Shown here in pieces: positions 29,139 to 39,093 of a DNA stretch of 64,000 nt. A program made the position numbers and the translations under genes. How positions within the stretch are numbered: the stretch's first letter is position 1; every line of letters starts with the position of its first letter. The DNA comes from an uncultured delta proteobacterium (GTDB lineage: Bacteria > Myxococcota_A > Polyangia > Polyangiales > Polyangiaceae), in NCBI GenBank assembly GCA_963716725.1, contig CAVQUB010000003.1, forward strand, positions 224,001 to 288,000, in the 5' to 3' direction. The notes beneath the pieces are model-generated. The model was not told where the DNA came from. It saw only the letters and a list, made by a program, of their open reading frames with translations, and did not search any database.

Positions 29139-29711
29139 ATGTCGAAATTCGCGGTCAGCCTGTTGCTAGTGGCCTTCGCCAGCGGTTGTTCGTTTTCGAC
29201 CACCCTGGTCGCCGGGACGCCCGGCGGAGCGCAGGGAGCGCACTTCCCCCCGTACGCTGCCCAGACGACGCCCGCTGGGGAGCCTGCCCCGGCAGCGCAG
29301 CCGGCGGAGCCCGCTCGCCCCGCCCCGATCGCCGCGCGCCCTGCGATCGCGCCCCCCGCCGCGCAACCGCCGCTCGCGAACACCTCGCCGTGGTCGGTCC
29401 CGCCACGGATCAGGGAGCCCGCCGCGCCTGCGCCGTCTCCAGCCCCCCGGGCGGGCGCGCCCCCCCGGGCCACGACGCCCGCGACGCCCACGACTCCCCC
29501 GTCCCGTCCAGCGCCCTCCACCCACGCGGCGGCGGCGTCGCGGCCGCCCCATGCGGCACAGCCTGTCGCAGCGAACGCGCCGCCCACCGAAGCCAAGCCG
29601 GCGCCCCACAAGAAGCTGCCCAAGAAGCTCAAGAAGCCGGGCGGCAAGAACACCTGGCTGGTCGACCGAGACCCGAACACGCTGCCCCAGAACCCGCCGC
29701 CGCCCCAGTAA
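29139..29711 (+). CDS. Pro/Ala-rich low-complexity lipoprotein
   Basis: MSKFAVSLLLVAFASGC lipobox; disordered Pro/Ala body; Lys-rich end. Confidence 0.7.
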   Translation: MSKFAVSLLLVAFASGCSFSTTLVAGTPGGAQGAHFPPYAAQTTPAGEPAPAAQPAEPARPAPIAARPAIAPPAAQPPLANTSPWSVPPRIREPAAPAPSPAPRAGAPPRATTPATPTTPPSRPAPSTHAAAASRPPHAAQPVAANAPPTEAKPAPHKKLPKKLKKPGGKNTWLVDRDPNTLPQNPPPPQ

Positions 29712-29777
29712 TCGCCGAAGGCGCTTGGCGCTTCGCCCATAGCCCAATAATCTCGCCGCCATGCGCAGTGGGCGAGC

Positions 29778-31388
29778 ATGAACGGTCTGTCCCAGCGAAA
29801 GCTGATGGCTCTGGGGCTACCCCTGCTGGCGGGCATCGTCGTTGCGTTCGTGCGCCAAGACATCGCGAGCTACGCGCTCGCGGTCGGCGTGATCGGGGCG
29901 GTCGGAGCGTGGATGGCGGGTTCGGGTGAAGCGCCCTCCGGCTCCCTCGACGGGGTCGTGACGGCGCTGCGACGGCTGCGCGAAGGCAAGCGACCTGAGC
30001 TGCCGCCCAGCGCCGATCCGGCGATGAAGCCGCTGCACGACGAGATCAACGACCTGCACGAGACCATGGCCGATCTCGAAGCCCGCGACGAGCAGCGCGC
30101 CGGCGCTGTCGACGCTGCGTCGCTCGCGGTCTCCGACGCGCTGCGCACGCTGACCGAGGGCGTAGCGGGTCAACTCGACGCCAGCGAAGACACGGCGAAG
30201 ACCATCAAAGAGTCGACCTCGTCGCTGCGTGAGATCGCCCAGCACGTCGAGGTGCTGGCGGCGAGTGCCGAGGAATCGAGCTCGTCGATTCTGGAGATGA
30301 CGGCCACGAACGAAGAGGTGGCGACGAATATCGTCGAGCTCGCCTCCAGCGTTCGCGAGAGCGTCTCCAGTATCGAAGAGATGGCCTTCTCGATCAAAGA
30401 GGTCGCCAAGAACGTCGACGCGCTCTCGCTGACGGCTGAAGAGACCAGCTCGAGCATGAACGAGATGGATGTCTCCATCGACCAGGTCCAGTCGAACGCC
30501 AACGAGACGGCGAGGCTCAGCGAAGAGGTGGCTCAGGACGCCGAGCGGGGCGCCGAGTCCATTCTGAAGACGATTGGGGAGATCTATCGCATCAAGGAGA
30601 GCAGCCAAGAGGCGGTCGCGGTCATGTCCAACCTGGGCTCCCGCATCGACGCCATCGGTCAGATCCTCAACGTCATCGACGACGTCGCGGAGCAGACCAA
30701 CCTGCTCGCGCTCAACGCCGCGATCATCGCGGCGCAGGCCGGGGAGCACGGCAAGGGCTTTGCGGTCGTCGCCGACGAAATCAAGGATCTGGCGGAGCGC
30801 GCCGGCGCTAGCACCAAGGAAATCGCCGACCTGATCAAGACCATCCAGTCCGAGAGCCGCAACGCCATCGTGGCCGTCGAGCGCGGCGCTCAGAACGTCG
30901 ACCGTGGCGTCGAGGTCTCGAACGAAGCCGAGCGCGCGCTGAAGAAGATCCTCGAGAGCTCTCAGAAGAGCACCAACATGGTGAGAGCCATCGCCCGCGC
31001 CACGGTGGAGCAGGCCAAGGGCAGCAAGCAGGTCACCGACGCCATCGGGCGCATCGCGGAGACCGTCCAGCAGATCGCCGCGGCCACCGCTCAACAGGCG
31101 CGCGGCTCGGAGCTCGTGATCCGCACCAGTGACAAGATGCGGGCCATCTCCCAGCAGGTCGAGCGCTCGAGCCAAGAGCAGGCGCGGGGCGGGCGTCAGG
31201 TCACCCAGGCCATCGAGAGCATCAGCCACATGGTCAACCAGATCAACGCCTCGCACCGCTCGCAGACCCGTGGAACCGAGCACGCGCTCGTCACGGCGAC
31301 TCGGCTCGAAGAGACCGCGCGTCGGCAGGACGCCGCGCTGCGGGAGCTGATCACTCACACCGAGAAGCTGCGCAAAGCGCTGTCTTGA
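29778..31388 (+). CDS. Methyl-accepting chemotaxis protein
   Basis: IDDVAEQTNLLALNAAIIAAQAGEHGKGFAVVADEIKDLAER; two N-terminal TMs joined by a very short loop. Confidence 0.96.
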   Translation: MNGLSQRKLMALGLPLLAGIVVAFVRQDIASYALAVGVIGAVGAWMAGSGEAPSGSLDGVVTALRRLREGKRPELPPSADPAMKPLHDEINDLHETMADLEARDEQRAGAVDAASLAVSDALRTLTEGVAGQLDASEDTAKTIKESTSSLREIAQHVEVLAASAEESSSSILEMTATNEEVATNIVELASSVRESVSSIEEMAFSIKEVAKNVDALSLTAEETSSSMNEMDVSIDQVQSNANETARLSEEVAQDAERGAESILKTIGEIYRIKESSQEAVAVMSNLGSRIDAIGQILNVIDDVAEQTNLLALNAAIIAAQAGEHGKGFAVVADEIKDLAERAGASTKEIADLIKTIQSESRNAIVAVERGAQNVDRGVEVSNEAERALKKILESSQKSTNMVRAIARATVEQAKGSKQVTDAIGRIAETVQQIAAATAQQARGSELVIRTSDKMRAISQQVERSSQEQARGGRQVTQAIESISHMVNQINASHRSQTRGTEHALVTATRLEETARRQDAALRELITHTEKLRKALS

Positions 31389-32882
31389 GCCTCGCCGCCG
31401 CGCTCCCCGCTGTCGCTGCGGCGTTCGCGGTCACGCTGGTGCGCATCCAAGTCAGGCGCAGACTGGCGCCTGTTCGCTCCGCCGCGACGCGCGCCTGGCA
31501 GCCGCGGGATCTCGTGCTCGCGTTGGCGGTGGTCGGGGCTGCGCTCGCCACACGACTGATCCTGCTCGAGGCGCGCCCGATCGACAACGACGAGCCCGTG
31601 GGTCTCGGAATCGCTTCGCTCGGGGCTTGGGCAGCCGAAACGGATTCGCGTTTGCACCCGCCGTTGCCCGCGCTCTTGATGACCTGGCTGGGCGGCGCGA
31701 CGAAGATCGAGGCCGCGCGATCCGTGTCGGTGCTGGCCGGCACGGCCAGCGCGGCCATCGCCTTCGCGATGGTGCGTGGGAGCGCCGGGCGAGGGCCGGC
31801 GTTCTTGGCAGGCCTCTGGCTCGCGCTGATGCCCGCTGCCATCCACACCTCGCAGCTGGCTCGGGGCTACGCGCTCTGCGCCTTCGGCCTGATCGCTGCC
31901 CACGCGTGTCTAGAGAAGGCGCTCGCCACCGGCCGAGAGCGCTGGTTCGCGCTGTACTCCGTCGCAGCCGCTCTGGCTCTGACCAGCGAATACTGGGCGC
32001 TGCCGCCCCTCGTGGCCAGCGCGACCGCGGCAAGCTGGAGCACACGTCGTCACCCGACCTCGCTGGTGGGCGTGATCGGATCCCTGGGCGCGGCCCTGGC
32101 GCTCGCGGCGTTCTTCGCGCCCTTCGCGCTCCCGACGCTCTGGCTCGGCGTTGGCGGCGGATCGCACTCGCCCACCGGACCCGCTTCGCGCGCTCTCTGA
32201 CGCGATCGCGCTCGCCTCGGGCTCTGCCGCGCCCTTCAATGGGCTGGTCGCGCTGGGGCTGGTGCTCGCTGCCGCGCGTCGGCGCGCGCTCGGTCGATCC
32301 GAGCTGATGGCGCTCGCGGGGATCGTCGCCGCGATCTTCACGTTGCTGGTGGCCTCACACACCACGGCTGTGCGCGCGCGTTATCTCCTGCCCGTCGTCC
32401 CGCTCTTCGTGTGCGTGGTCGCGGCCAGCGCCCGCGGCATCGGAGTGGCGGTGCTGGTCGGAATTGCGCTGGGGCACGCTGGGCTCCTGCCCTCGTACTA
32501 CGCGGGCACCGCGCGTGGGCCCGAACTCTCGACTGGAGAGCGCACACCGCTCACGCTCGAGATGCTGCGCGCGGATCCGCACGCGCCGGTCGCTGTGGTC
32601 CCCGCTTGGGCCATCGCAGAAGCGAGCTACCGACTGGAGGGTCGCTTTCCCGATCGAGATGCCGGGGTCGGCTGCCCCGCCACGTTGTGCATACGCGGTG
32701 AGCGGTTGATCTTCGGAGCGACGTTGGATCAGGTTGGCTCGCTCGTGGCTAGTGAACCGAGGGTCTACGTCTGGGTCAGAAGTGGGTTGATCCCCGACAC
32801 CGACTCCTGCGGCGTGGTCCTGCGGGAAGGCAGCTCGACGCTGCTCCGATGTCAGCAACTGCGGACTATCTCTGGAGGCTGA
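31385..32882 (+). CDS. GT-C fold (ArnT/PMT-like) membrane glycosyltransferase (one apparent frameshift near 32180)
   Basis: RPIDNDE, HPPLPALL, ARSVSVLAG, SQLARGYAL, RYLLPVVP; many TMs; extra C joins ORFs 31385-32200 and 32151-32882. Confidence 0.8.
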
Positions 32883-32905
32883 CGCCGGAGTAGCCTCCGG
32901 TCGTT

Positions 32906-34135
32906 TTGGGAAAGCTTCACTCAGTTGCGCTGTCCTGCGCTCTCGTCGTGGTCACTCTTGCCGCGCCAACGCTCGCCCAGTCCGACGAGGAGAAGAAGGC
33001 CATCGAAGAGATCGACAGGAAGGCCGCAGCCGAAAAGAAGAAAACACTGGAGCGGATCCGCAAGAAGGCCGAGGAAGAGCAGAAGAAGGCCGCCGCCAAG
33101 GAGCGCGCCGAGGCCGCCAAGAAAGCGAAGGCCGAAGCGGAAGCCCGAAAGCAGGCCGAGCGCGAGCGCGCGAAAGAACCCAAGAGGGAAGAACCCAAAC
33201 CGACCGAGCCCGAGCCGACCCCGCCGCCGACAACCGAACCACCGCCACCGCCACCGCCGCCGCCACCGCCGGCGCCGCCGCTGAGGCCTACCGCCGTCGC
33301 AGTGGAGAGCGTCGGCGCCGCGCGCTGGACGAGCGTTGGTTTCGTGCAACCCGGGGAGGCCGGCGCCGCCACCGAATCCGGATCCAGCGGCCTGAAAGTG
33401 CCGAGAGTCGCCAACTTGGACAGCCTGAGCGTGGTGTCGCTGCGTCTGGGGTTGAGTCAGGCCACCTTCAATCCGATCAACGACGACCGCACCGACGACG
33501 ACACCGCGTTCAAGCTGGTGGACTTCGTCTTCGGAGTGAATGCCGAGTTCCGCAACGTCGGGCAGCTCGTGGTTCCGTGGTTCGACATCGACACGGGGAT
33601 CCTGTTCGGAAGTCGCAAAGAAGAGCTGGCCGGCAAGGAGACCGGGCGGGTGTTCAAGGCCTTCGCGACCCGGGCCAGCGGACTGTTCGGAGTGGACTTC
33701 GCTCCCATCGAGTTCGTTTCTGCGGGACCTTTCGTCGGCTACCGTGCAGAGCTCTACGTGATCTCCCTACAGAACGAGGAGAGCACCGAATCCGCCGGTT
33801 CCGCCACACACACCGGATTGCAGTACGGCCTGCACGCGAAGCTGCGCACCCGCGCCAAGCCGAAAGAGCCTTCGCGCTTCATCGCCGACGCGCGCTACGA
33901 GTGGCGCAAGGGCGAATACCAGACCGCGACCTACGCGAGCCTGCAAGCGGGTGTGCGCGCAGGCAACGTCTACTTCACCGCCTGGTACGAGAAGCGCCTC
34001 GGATCTTCTGGCGAGTTCAAGCCGGGCGACGTGGCGGAGCCGGGAGACCCGAACAAGTCCTTGGCCAACGCGGCCGCGGCCTCGTTTCCCATCGAGCAAC
34101 GCGTGGGCGGCGGCCTCTTGGTCAGCTTCTACTGA
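32906..34135 (+). CDS. Secreted protein: K/E/A coiled coil, Pro linker, probable outer-membrane beta-barrel
   Basis: Signal peptide; TolA-like charged helix; poly-Pro; amphipathic strands ending GGGLLVSFY (aromatic C-terminus). Confidence 0.75.
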   Translation: MGKLHSVALSCALVVVTLAAPTLAQSDEEKKAIEEIDRKAAAEKKKTLERIRKKAEEEQKKAAAKERAEAAKKAKAEAEARKQAERERAKEPKREEPKPTEPEPTPPPTTEPPPPPPPPPPPAPPLRPTAVAVESVGAARWTSVGFVQPGEAGAATESGSSGLKVPRVANLDSLSVVSLRLGLSQATFNPINDDRTDDDTAFKLVDFVFGVNAEFRNVGQLVVPWFDIDTGILFGSRKEELAGKETGRVFKAFATRASGLFGVDFAPIEFVSAGPFVGYRAELYVISLQNEESTESAGSATHTGLQYGLHAKLRTRAKPKEPSRFIADARYEWRKGEYQTATYASLQAGVRAGNVYFTAWYEKRLGSSGEFKPGDVAEPGDPNKSLANAAAASFPIEQRVGGGLLVSFY

Positions 34136-34151
34136 GGGGGAGACAGAACTC

Positions 34152-36338
34152 ATGCAACGACCCATCTCACGCGCCGTGACTTTGACAATCGGCCTCGCGA
34201 TCTCCGCCGGCTGTGCCGGTCCCGCAAAGACGCTGAGCCTGGCCAACTACGTGGCCACATCCGGCGACGCGCCCGAGAGCTGGAAGAGCCTCGAGCCTGG
34301 GACCAACTTCTTGCTCTACGCGCCGGCCGGATCGTGTCCGGTCTCGATGGCGAGCTCGCTCGCTGAGCTCGAGCAAGGCAAGGGCGTACCCGTGGCGGGA
34401 ACACCCGCAGGCACGAGCCTGAGCGTCCTCCAGATCAAGAACACCTACGTCCGCACGGGGAGCGACGCTTTCGCGGCCATCGAGGTGAGGGCCGGAGCCG
34501 GCGGCACCCATTGGCTCGCGCTCCCCGCGGGCGCGTCTCACGGCTGCCTGCAGCCCGTTCCCCCGGGGCTCGAGGCCGCGCGCCGGCTCGTGGGCACCCA
34601 ACTCGCGTTCACCCCCTGGGCACCAACGTGCACGGAGGTGCAGGCGACGGGTCGCGCCCCCACCGCGATGTTGGTCGACGCAGAGGGGGACTTGGTCTTC
34701 AAGGTCGACGGACTCGCACTCGGGCCCGCCAGCGCCCAGGCGAAGGCCGCGGGCAAGGTCGGCGACCGATTGTGGGCCAAGCTCGCCAGCGGCGCCCTCG
34801 AAGTTCGCGTCGACGTCTTGAGCAAGTGCTTCTCGGCGCCCGACTCCGAGCTGGCGGCGCGGCCGAAAGATCCGCTGAGCCAGCTACGGCTTCCGATCAC
34901 GCGCTGCGAGGAGGACACGGACGACGACAAGCGCCATGTCGCTTGCAGGACGACGCTCGGACTCTGGGAGGGAGTGATGAGCGACACCGCCGTCGAGCTC
35001 CGCGCCGTTCGCCGCACGCTCGGTGCGGTGCACTTCTTGGATGGGAAGCTCGTCGATGGAGGGCGTTACGCTCGGACCATCGTCGCGCTGACGGTGGGGC
35101 AGGCACCCGACCCTCGGCGCCGGCAACTGTACGCTGCGCTCACCCCGGCGATGCAAAAGGCGATGGCCCGCGATGCGGGCGGCGTGCGCGTCACCGCCAG
35201 CGGCGCCTCCGACGCGACCTACAGGATCGGCGTCGAGCTCGCCGAGGTCAGCATCGGGGAACTCCAAACCTCCGAAGTGCCGCAAAGCACCAAGTACAAG
35301 GTGCGCGACGAGCAACGGCCGAACCCCGACAAACCCGCCGCTCGCGAGCGCGCTGCGAACGCTCGCGCGCAACTCTCGACCGCAGAATCGGAGTACCAGA
35401 CTCGCAAACAAGACTTCGACCGGCTGAAGCGCGAGGCACGCGCCGAGTGCGATCGCATTGCCTCCGAGCAGAAAGAGGCCTGGGCACGCATCGCCGCCGG
35501 AACCGGCTGCGCCGCCGCCGACGCCATCATCCAGCCCAGCGACTCCGACGTTGTCTCGGCCCGCACCGAGCTCAGCACCGCCGAGACCGCGCTGACGAAC
35601 ATGCCCGACACCATCACGGTGCCGATCATGGCGGACTGGCAGTACACCAAGAAGCTGTTCTCGCGGTCGGTCACCAGCACGCTCAGCATCTCGCTTCAGC
35701 CCGCGGACTCGCCCACGCCGAAGACCTTCCAGACCCCGCTCCAATACACCTGGCAGGACTACGAGGTGCAAGCTGATGCCGCGCACAACGTCGAAGGTCA
35801 TGCCGCCGATCGCGGCCCTATCGACAACGCTGAAGCGCTCGTGCCGTACATCGCCGCGGCGGCGAGCGCAGCGGTCGCGACACGCTTCCGCGCAGCCATG
35901 GCCGAGGCTCAGATCGAGGCGGCGCGGCGCGCCATGACGGCGGCTGGCGTCGAGGCGAGTAAGCCAGGCTACGAGACCGTGGATGCCCTCGCTTACGACA
36001 TGGTGGGCAAGCGCCTCGAGAAACCGCTGCTCCGCGGCAGCTCGACGCTCGGCGCCGGCAAGGCCGTGCCACTTCCGGCCGATGCGCTCAACCTGAGCGA
36101 CGACCAATGCCTGTTGGTCGTCGCTGCCGGCACGGCCGAGTCGCCGCTGACCCTCGTGATCCGCACGCCGGACCGGAAGTTCGGAGACACTCGCGAGGGC
36201 GGCTTCGCGCTCCTGGAACTTTGCCATGCCGAGATCGGCGGCAAGCTCCCGACGCTGGAGCTGACCAGCAAGGCACCGGGCGGCGTGAAGTGGACGCTGT
36301 TTCGCACGCGAGTGGCTGCAACAGGAGGTGGATCGTGA
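34152..36338 (+). CDS. Large multidomain hypothetical lipoprotein
   Basis: GAGGGGGAG RBS; lipobox SAGC; central coiled-coil hairpin. Confidence 0.82.
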   Translation: MQRPISRAVTLTIGLAISAGCAGPAKTLSLANYVATSGDAPESWKSLEPGTNFLLYAPAGSCPVSMASSLAELEQGKGVPVAGTPAGTSLSVLQIKNTYVRTGSDAFAAIEVRAGAGGTHWLALPAGASHGCLQPVPPGLEAARRLVGTQLAFTPWAPTCTEVQATGRAPTAMLVDAEGDLVFKVDGLALGPASAQAKAAGKVGDRLWAKLASGALEVRVDVLSKCFSAPDSELAARPKDPLSQLRLPITRCEEDTDDDKRHVACRTTLGLWEGVMSDTAVELRAVRRTLGAVHFLDGKLVDGGRYARTIVALTVGQAPDPRRRQLYAALTPAMQKAMARDAGGVRVTASGASDATYRIGVELAEVSIGELQTSEVPQSTKYKVRDEQRPNPDKPAARERAANARAQLSTAESEYQTRKQDFDRLKREARAECDRIASEQKEAWARIAAGTGCAAADAIIQPSDSDVVSARTELSTAETALTNMPDTITVPIMADWQYTKKLFSRSVTSTLSISLQPADSPTPKTFQTPLQYTWQDYEVQADAAHNVEGHAADRGPIDNAEALVPYIAAAASAAVATRFRAAMAEAQIEAARRAMTAAGVEASKPGYETVDALAYDMVGKRLEKPLLRGSSTLGAGKAVPLPADALNLSDDQCLLVVAAGTAESPLTLVIRTPDRKFGDTREGGFALLELCHAEIGGKLPTLELTSKAPGGVKWTLFRTRVAATGGGS

Positions 36339-36748
36339 AACAGGCAGGCATCGTCGTGGCGGGGCTGTTGTTGCTCGGTTGCGAGGACTCGGGGCCAGTG
36401 CCGTTCACCGGTCCGGAGCTGTTTGGGACCGGCGCAGCGTCGGGCTCCGGCGGCAGCGGCGGCAAGAACACTGGCGGCTTCGGCGGTAGCAGTGGGGGCT
36501 CCGGCGGGAGCGGCGGCCACGCCGGCAGCGGTGGCGGATGCCTGGGTGGCCCGGGCACGCCGTGCGACTTCAAAAGTGACTGCTGCCAAGTGAGTACCTA
36601 CGGCGACACCTGCGTTGGCGATCCCATCAACCAGTGCGCAGGCCTGTGCTACTCGAGCAGCGATTGTCCGAGCGACTGCTGCGTTGCGCTCCAAGATGAA
36701 TCCTACGGAGCCTGCGTCTCCGTCTCGGGGTACACCTGCATGCCGTGA
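36335..36748 (+). CDS. Small lipoprotein with Gly linker and 12-Cys C-terminal domain
   Basis: AGGAGG RBS; GTGA overlap; lipobox LLGC; CLGGPGTPC...GYTCMP. Confidence 0.85.
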   Translation: MKQAGIVVAGLLLLGCEDSGPVPFTGPELFGTGAASGSGGSGGKNTGGFGGSSGGSGGSGGHAGSGGGCLGGPGTPCDFKSDCCQVSTYGDTCVGDPINQCAGLCYSSSDCPSDCCVALQDESYGACVSVSGYTCMP

Positions 36749-36797
36749 GCGCTCACGCCGTGCGTCTGACCCCTCGCCGACTCGTCCTGCTCGTGCT
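36514..36797 (+). repeat. Direct repeat copy A
   Basis: Matches 39094-39380; 36643-36797 is identical to 39226-39380 (155 bp), the 5' part is diverged. Confidence 0.95.
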
Positions 36798-36862
36798 TCA
36801 ATCAGGGTAACCGTTCGGGGGTGGTGTTGAGCGCCTGATCAGAATCATGCGATTCGGGCGCC

Positions 36863-37156
36863 ATGAGCAACACCAACAGCTCGCTGGACTTGGGCCAGTG
36901 CATCGAGAAGTTGATTCCGGAGCACCCGGCCGCAAGCCGGGTTTTCGCGCAAGAAAAGGTCGTGCGGGGATTCGCGGAGGCCTCGCGGCCGCCCCCCGGA
37001 CCGGCGCGTCGGACGAAGAGCAGCCCGGGAAAGAAGCGCCCGTCGGCAGACATCGCCGCGCTCGGGGAGCAGTTCTATAGAGCGGTCAGCGCCAAGCCCG
37101 GCGAGACGATGACCGTGCTGGGCGCTGAGGTCGGCGCGTCGGCTCGCGAGCTTGCG
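36863..37156 (+). pseudogene. Truncated small putative DNA-binding passenger gene
   Basis: MSNTNSSLDLGQCIEKLI...IAALGEQFYRAVSAKPGETMTVLGAEVGASAREL then runs into antisense transposase sequence. Confidence 0.5.
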
Positions 37157-37387
37157 CTCCTTCTGCTTCGCCTTGTTCTTGTTACGGCGCTCTCGACGCT
37201 CGTCCGGCGAATCCGTGGCCGGAGGCAAGTGAGACTTGGTCGAGTTCTGTCCGATCTTCGCGCTGAGCTTGGCCACCTGCTTCATCAGCGACCCGACCTG
37301 CTGCTCGAGCTGGGCGATGCGCTCGTCACGGGCGCGAAGCTGGGCCTCCAGCTCCTCTATCCGCTCGCCTCGCCAGTCGCGCCCCAC
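37150..37387 (-). pseudogene. IS66 transposase (TnpC-like) N-terminal fragment
   Basis: RIEELEAQLRARDERIAQLEQQV coiled coil then GQNSTKSHLPPATD (cf. NSxNSSxPPSSD) and basic patch; no DDE domain follows. Confidence 0.75.
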
Positions 37388-37557
37388 GCGCAGCGGAGTG
37401 CCCGAGCGGGCGCCTCATAGAAAGCGCAAGATCGCCAATGCAGTGATCTCGATCACCTACGCGTCGCACGCAGCCCAGCCCTGAACGGTCACGTCGATTG
37501 TCGCCCAAGCGAGGATTGGCCTGCGTGATGTCGTGGCGGTGCGCCGATCAGTTCTGC

Positions 37558-38577
37558 TCAATCCGAGGGAGTCCATGCCGAAATGCGAAGGATTGCGCGC
37601 GACGGGGCGTCGGCTCGGGATCTCGCTAGGAAGAAGACGTCGTCCGAACCCGTGGCCACTTCGAGTGCGTTGCAGAGCTCCGACGCCCACACGACCCGCT
37701 GCGAAGTCTCCAGGTCGACGCGCACGATTTGTCCGTTGCACAGGCCTTTGCCCTCGTCCGTGAAGAACAGGGCTGGCCCAGCCGCGAAATTCAGCAGCGC
37801 GCCGATGCCGACGTTTGTCGCCAGGACGCTCGGGAATCCGTCGTCCTCGGCGGTGCGACGAATATCCGACTGCAGGCCGTAGCCGGATGCCCAGTACACG
37901 AAACCATCGTGTACGGCGAGCGTGACCAACGACGCGTCGGTCGGCGCCAGCTCGCTGGCGGTCGTCCCGGAAAGCGGGACACGGTCGATGCGACTGGGGC
38001 CCTGGAAGTACACGTACGCGTCGGACGCCGCCAGCGTATGGTCGTGAGCGGACGACAGGATGGTCTCTGGCTGACCACCGGCCACCGGGATGCGCCGCAG
38101 CCGATTCACGTCCGTGAACCACACGTACCCGCCGGCGGCGACGAGCCGGTGGGGCGCGCTCGCATCGAGCTCAGCCAGGGTCGAGACCTCGCCTCCCGCG
38201 GTCGAGACGCGGCGAATCCACCCGGTGTTGTCGAAGCACTCGAGGCAGCCCTTCTCGCGCTCGGTGAAGAAGACGTCGGACTCCGTGACGAAGAGGTCGC
38301 CCAACGACCACTGCTGCCCGAGCTCCGCGACAACGCTCCGTGCGCGCGTTTGGCAATCGATGCGAACCACCCGACTGCCATGCTTCGTCAAGTCCAATGC
38401 GTGGACGAAGACGCCCGAGGAGTTGGTGCGAAGATAGCCCACGAAAGCCTCGTCGCTCGGATCGAAGACCAGGTCCGGCTGGGTTCCGCCGTCGCTCGTC
38501 GAACCATCGGACGGGTCGCCACAGGCGGGGAGACCGAGGACAAGCGCAGTCAGCAATGCGACAATGGTTCCTCGCAC
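37558..38577 (-). CDS. Beta-propeller-like lipoprotein
   Basis: GTG start, lipobox LPAC; repeats such as LAASDAYVYF...IDRVPLSG, LAVHDGFVYW. Confidence 0.78.
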   Translation of the reverse strand: MRGTIVALLTALVLGLPACGDPSDGSTSDGGTQPDLVFDPSDEAFVGYLRTNSSGVFVHALDLTKHGSRVVRIDCQTRARSVVAELGQQWSLGDLFVTESDVFFTEREKGCLECFDNTGWIRRVSTAGGEVSTLAELDASAPHRLVAAGGYVWFTDVNRLRRIPVAGGQPETILSSAHDHTLAASDAYVYFQGPSRIDRVPLSGTTASELAPTDASLVTLAVHDGFVYWASGYGLQSDIRRTAEDDGFPSVLATNVGIGALLNFAAGPALFFTDEGKGLCNGQIVRVDLETSQRVVWASELCNALEVATGSDDVFFLARSRADAPSRAILRISAWTPSD

Positions 38578-39093
38578 TCGAGGAAGGGTCCCTCGTAACG
38601 CGGCGTCGCGCAAGGCGCGAACGAGGCAATCCGGGTGTCGCGCCGCTCGGACCTCGAGCTGGTGCTGGGGTGCGTAGGAAGAACGAACTGCTAGAAGCCT
38701 GGGGGGCTGGCTGGGCACTAGTTGCCGCTGCTGACCGTGCCTGCGAGGCAGCATGCGCCAGCGCGCGTGGACCAGCGCCTCGGCGAGGCGCGCGACGGAA
38801 CCTCACCCCTGCCCGAACCCCAACACCAACTGCTCGGGCACATTGACCTTCGCGCGCTCGGCCCGCGGCGCTCGCGGCCCGAGACCGCCCCCCGTCGGAG
38901 CGGCTGCGGAACACCCGAAGGGTGTGGGACTTCCCAGGGTCGTCGATGGCGAGTTCGGGCGGCGTGTCGTCGCCGAACTCACGCAGCACAGCCGCAAAGC
39001 CCCGGGGGATTCGTTCGCCCACAGGCGGCGAAGTGGCGAAGTCAGGTGGCGATCACCACCCGGGGCGCGCTTTTCTCTCAGCGCAGACTATGC

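Larger units (their letters stand above)
36807..37492. mobile_element. Internally deleted IS66-family-like element
   Basis: Imperfect terminal inverted repeats GTAACCGTTCGGGG (36807-36820) and reverse complement GTGACCGTTCAGGG (37479-37492), 12/14 match; contains a transposase N-terminal fragment; no target duplication seen. Confidence 0.75.
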
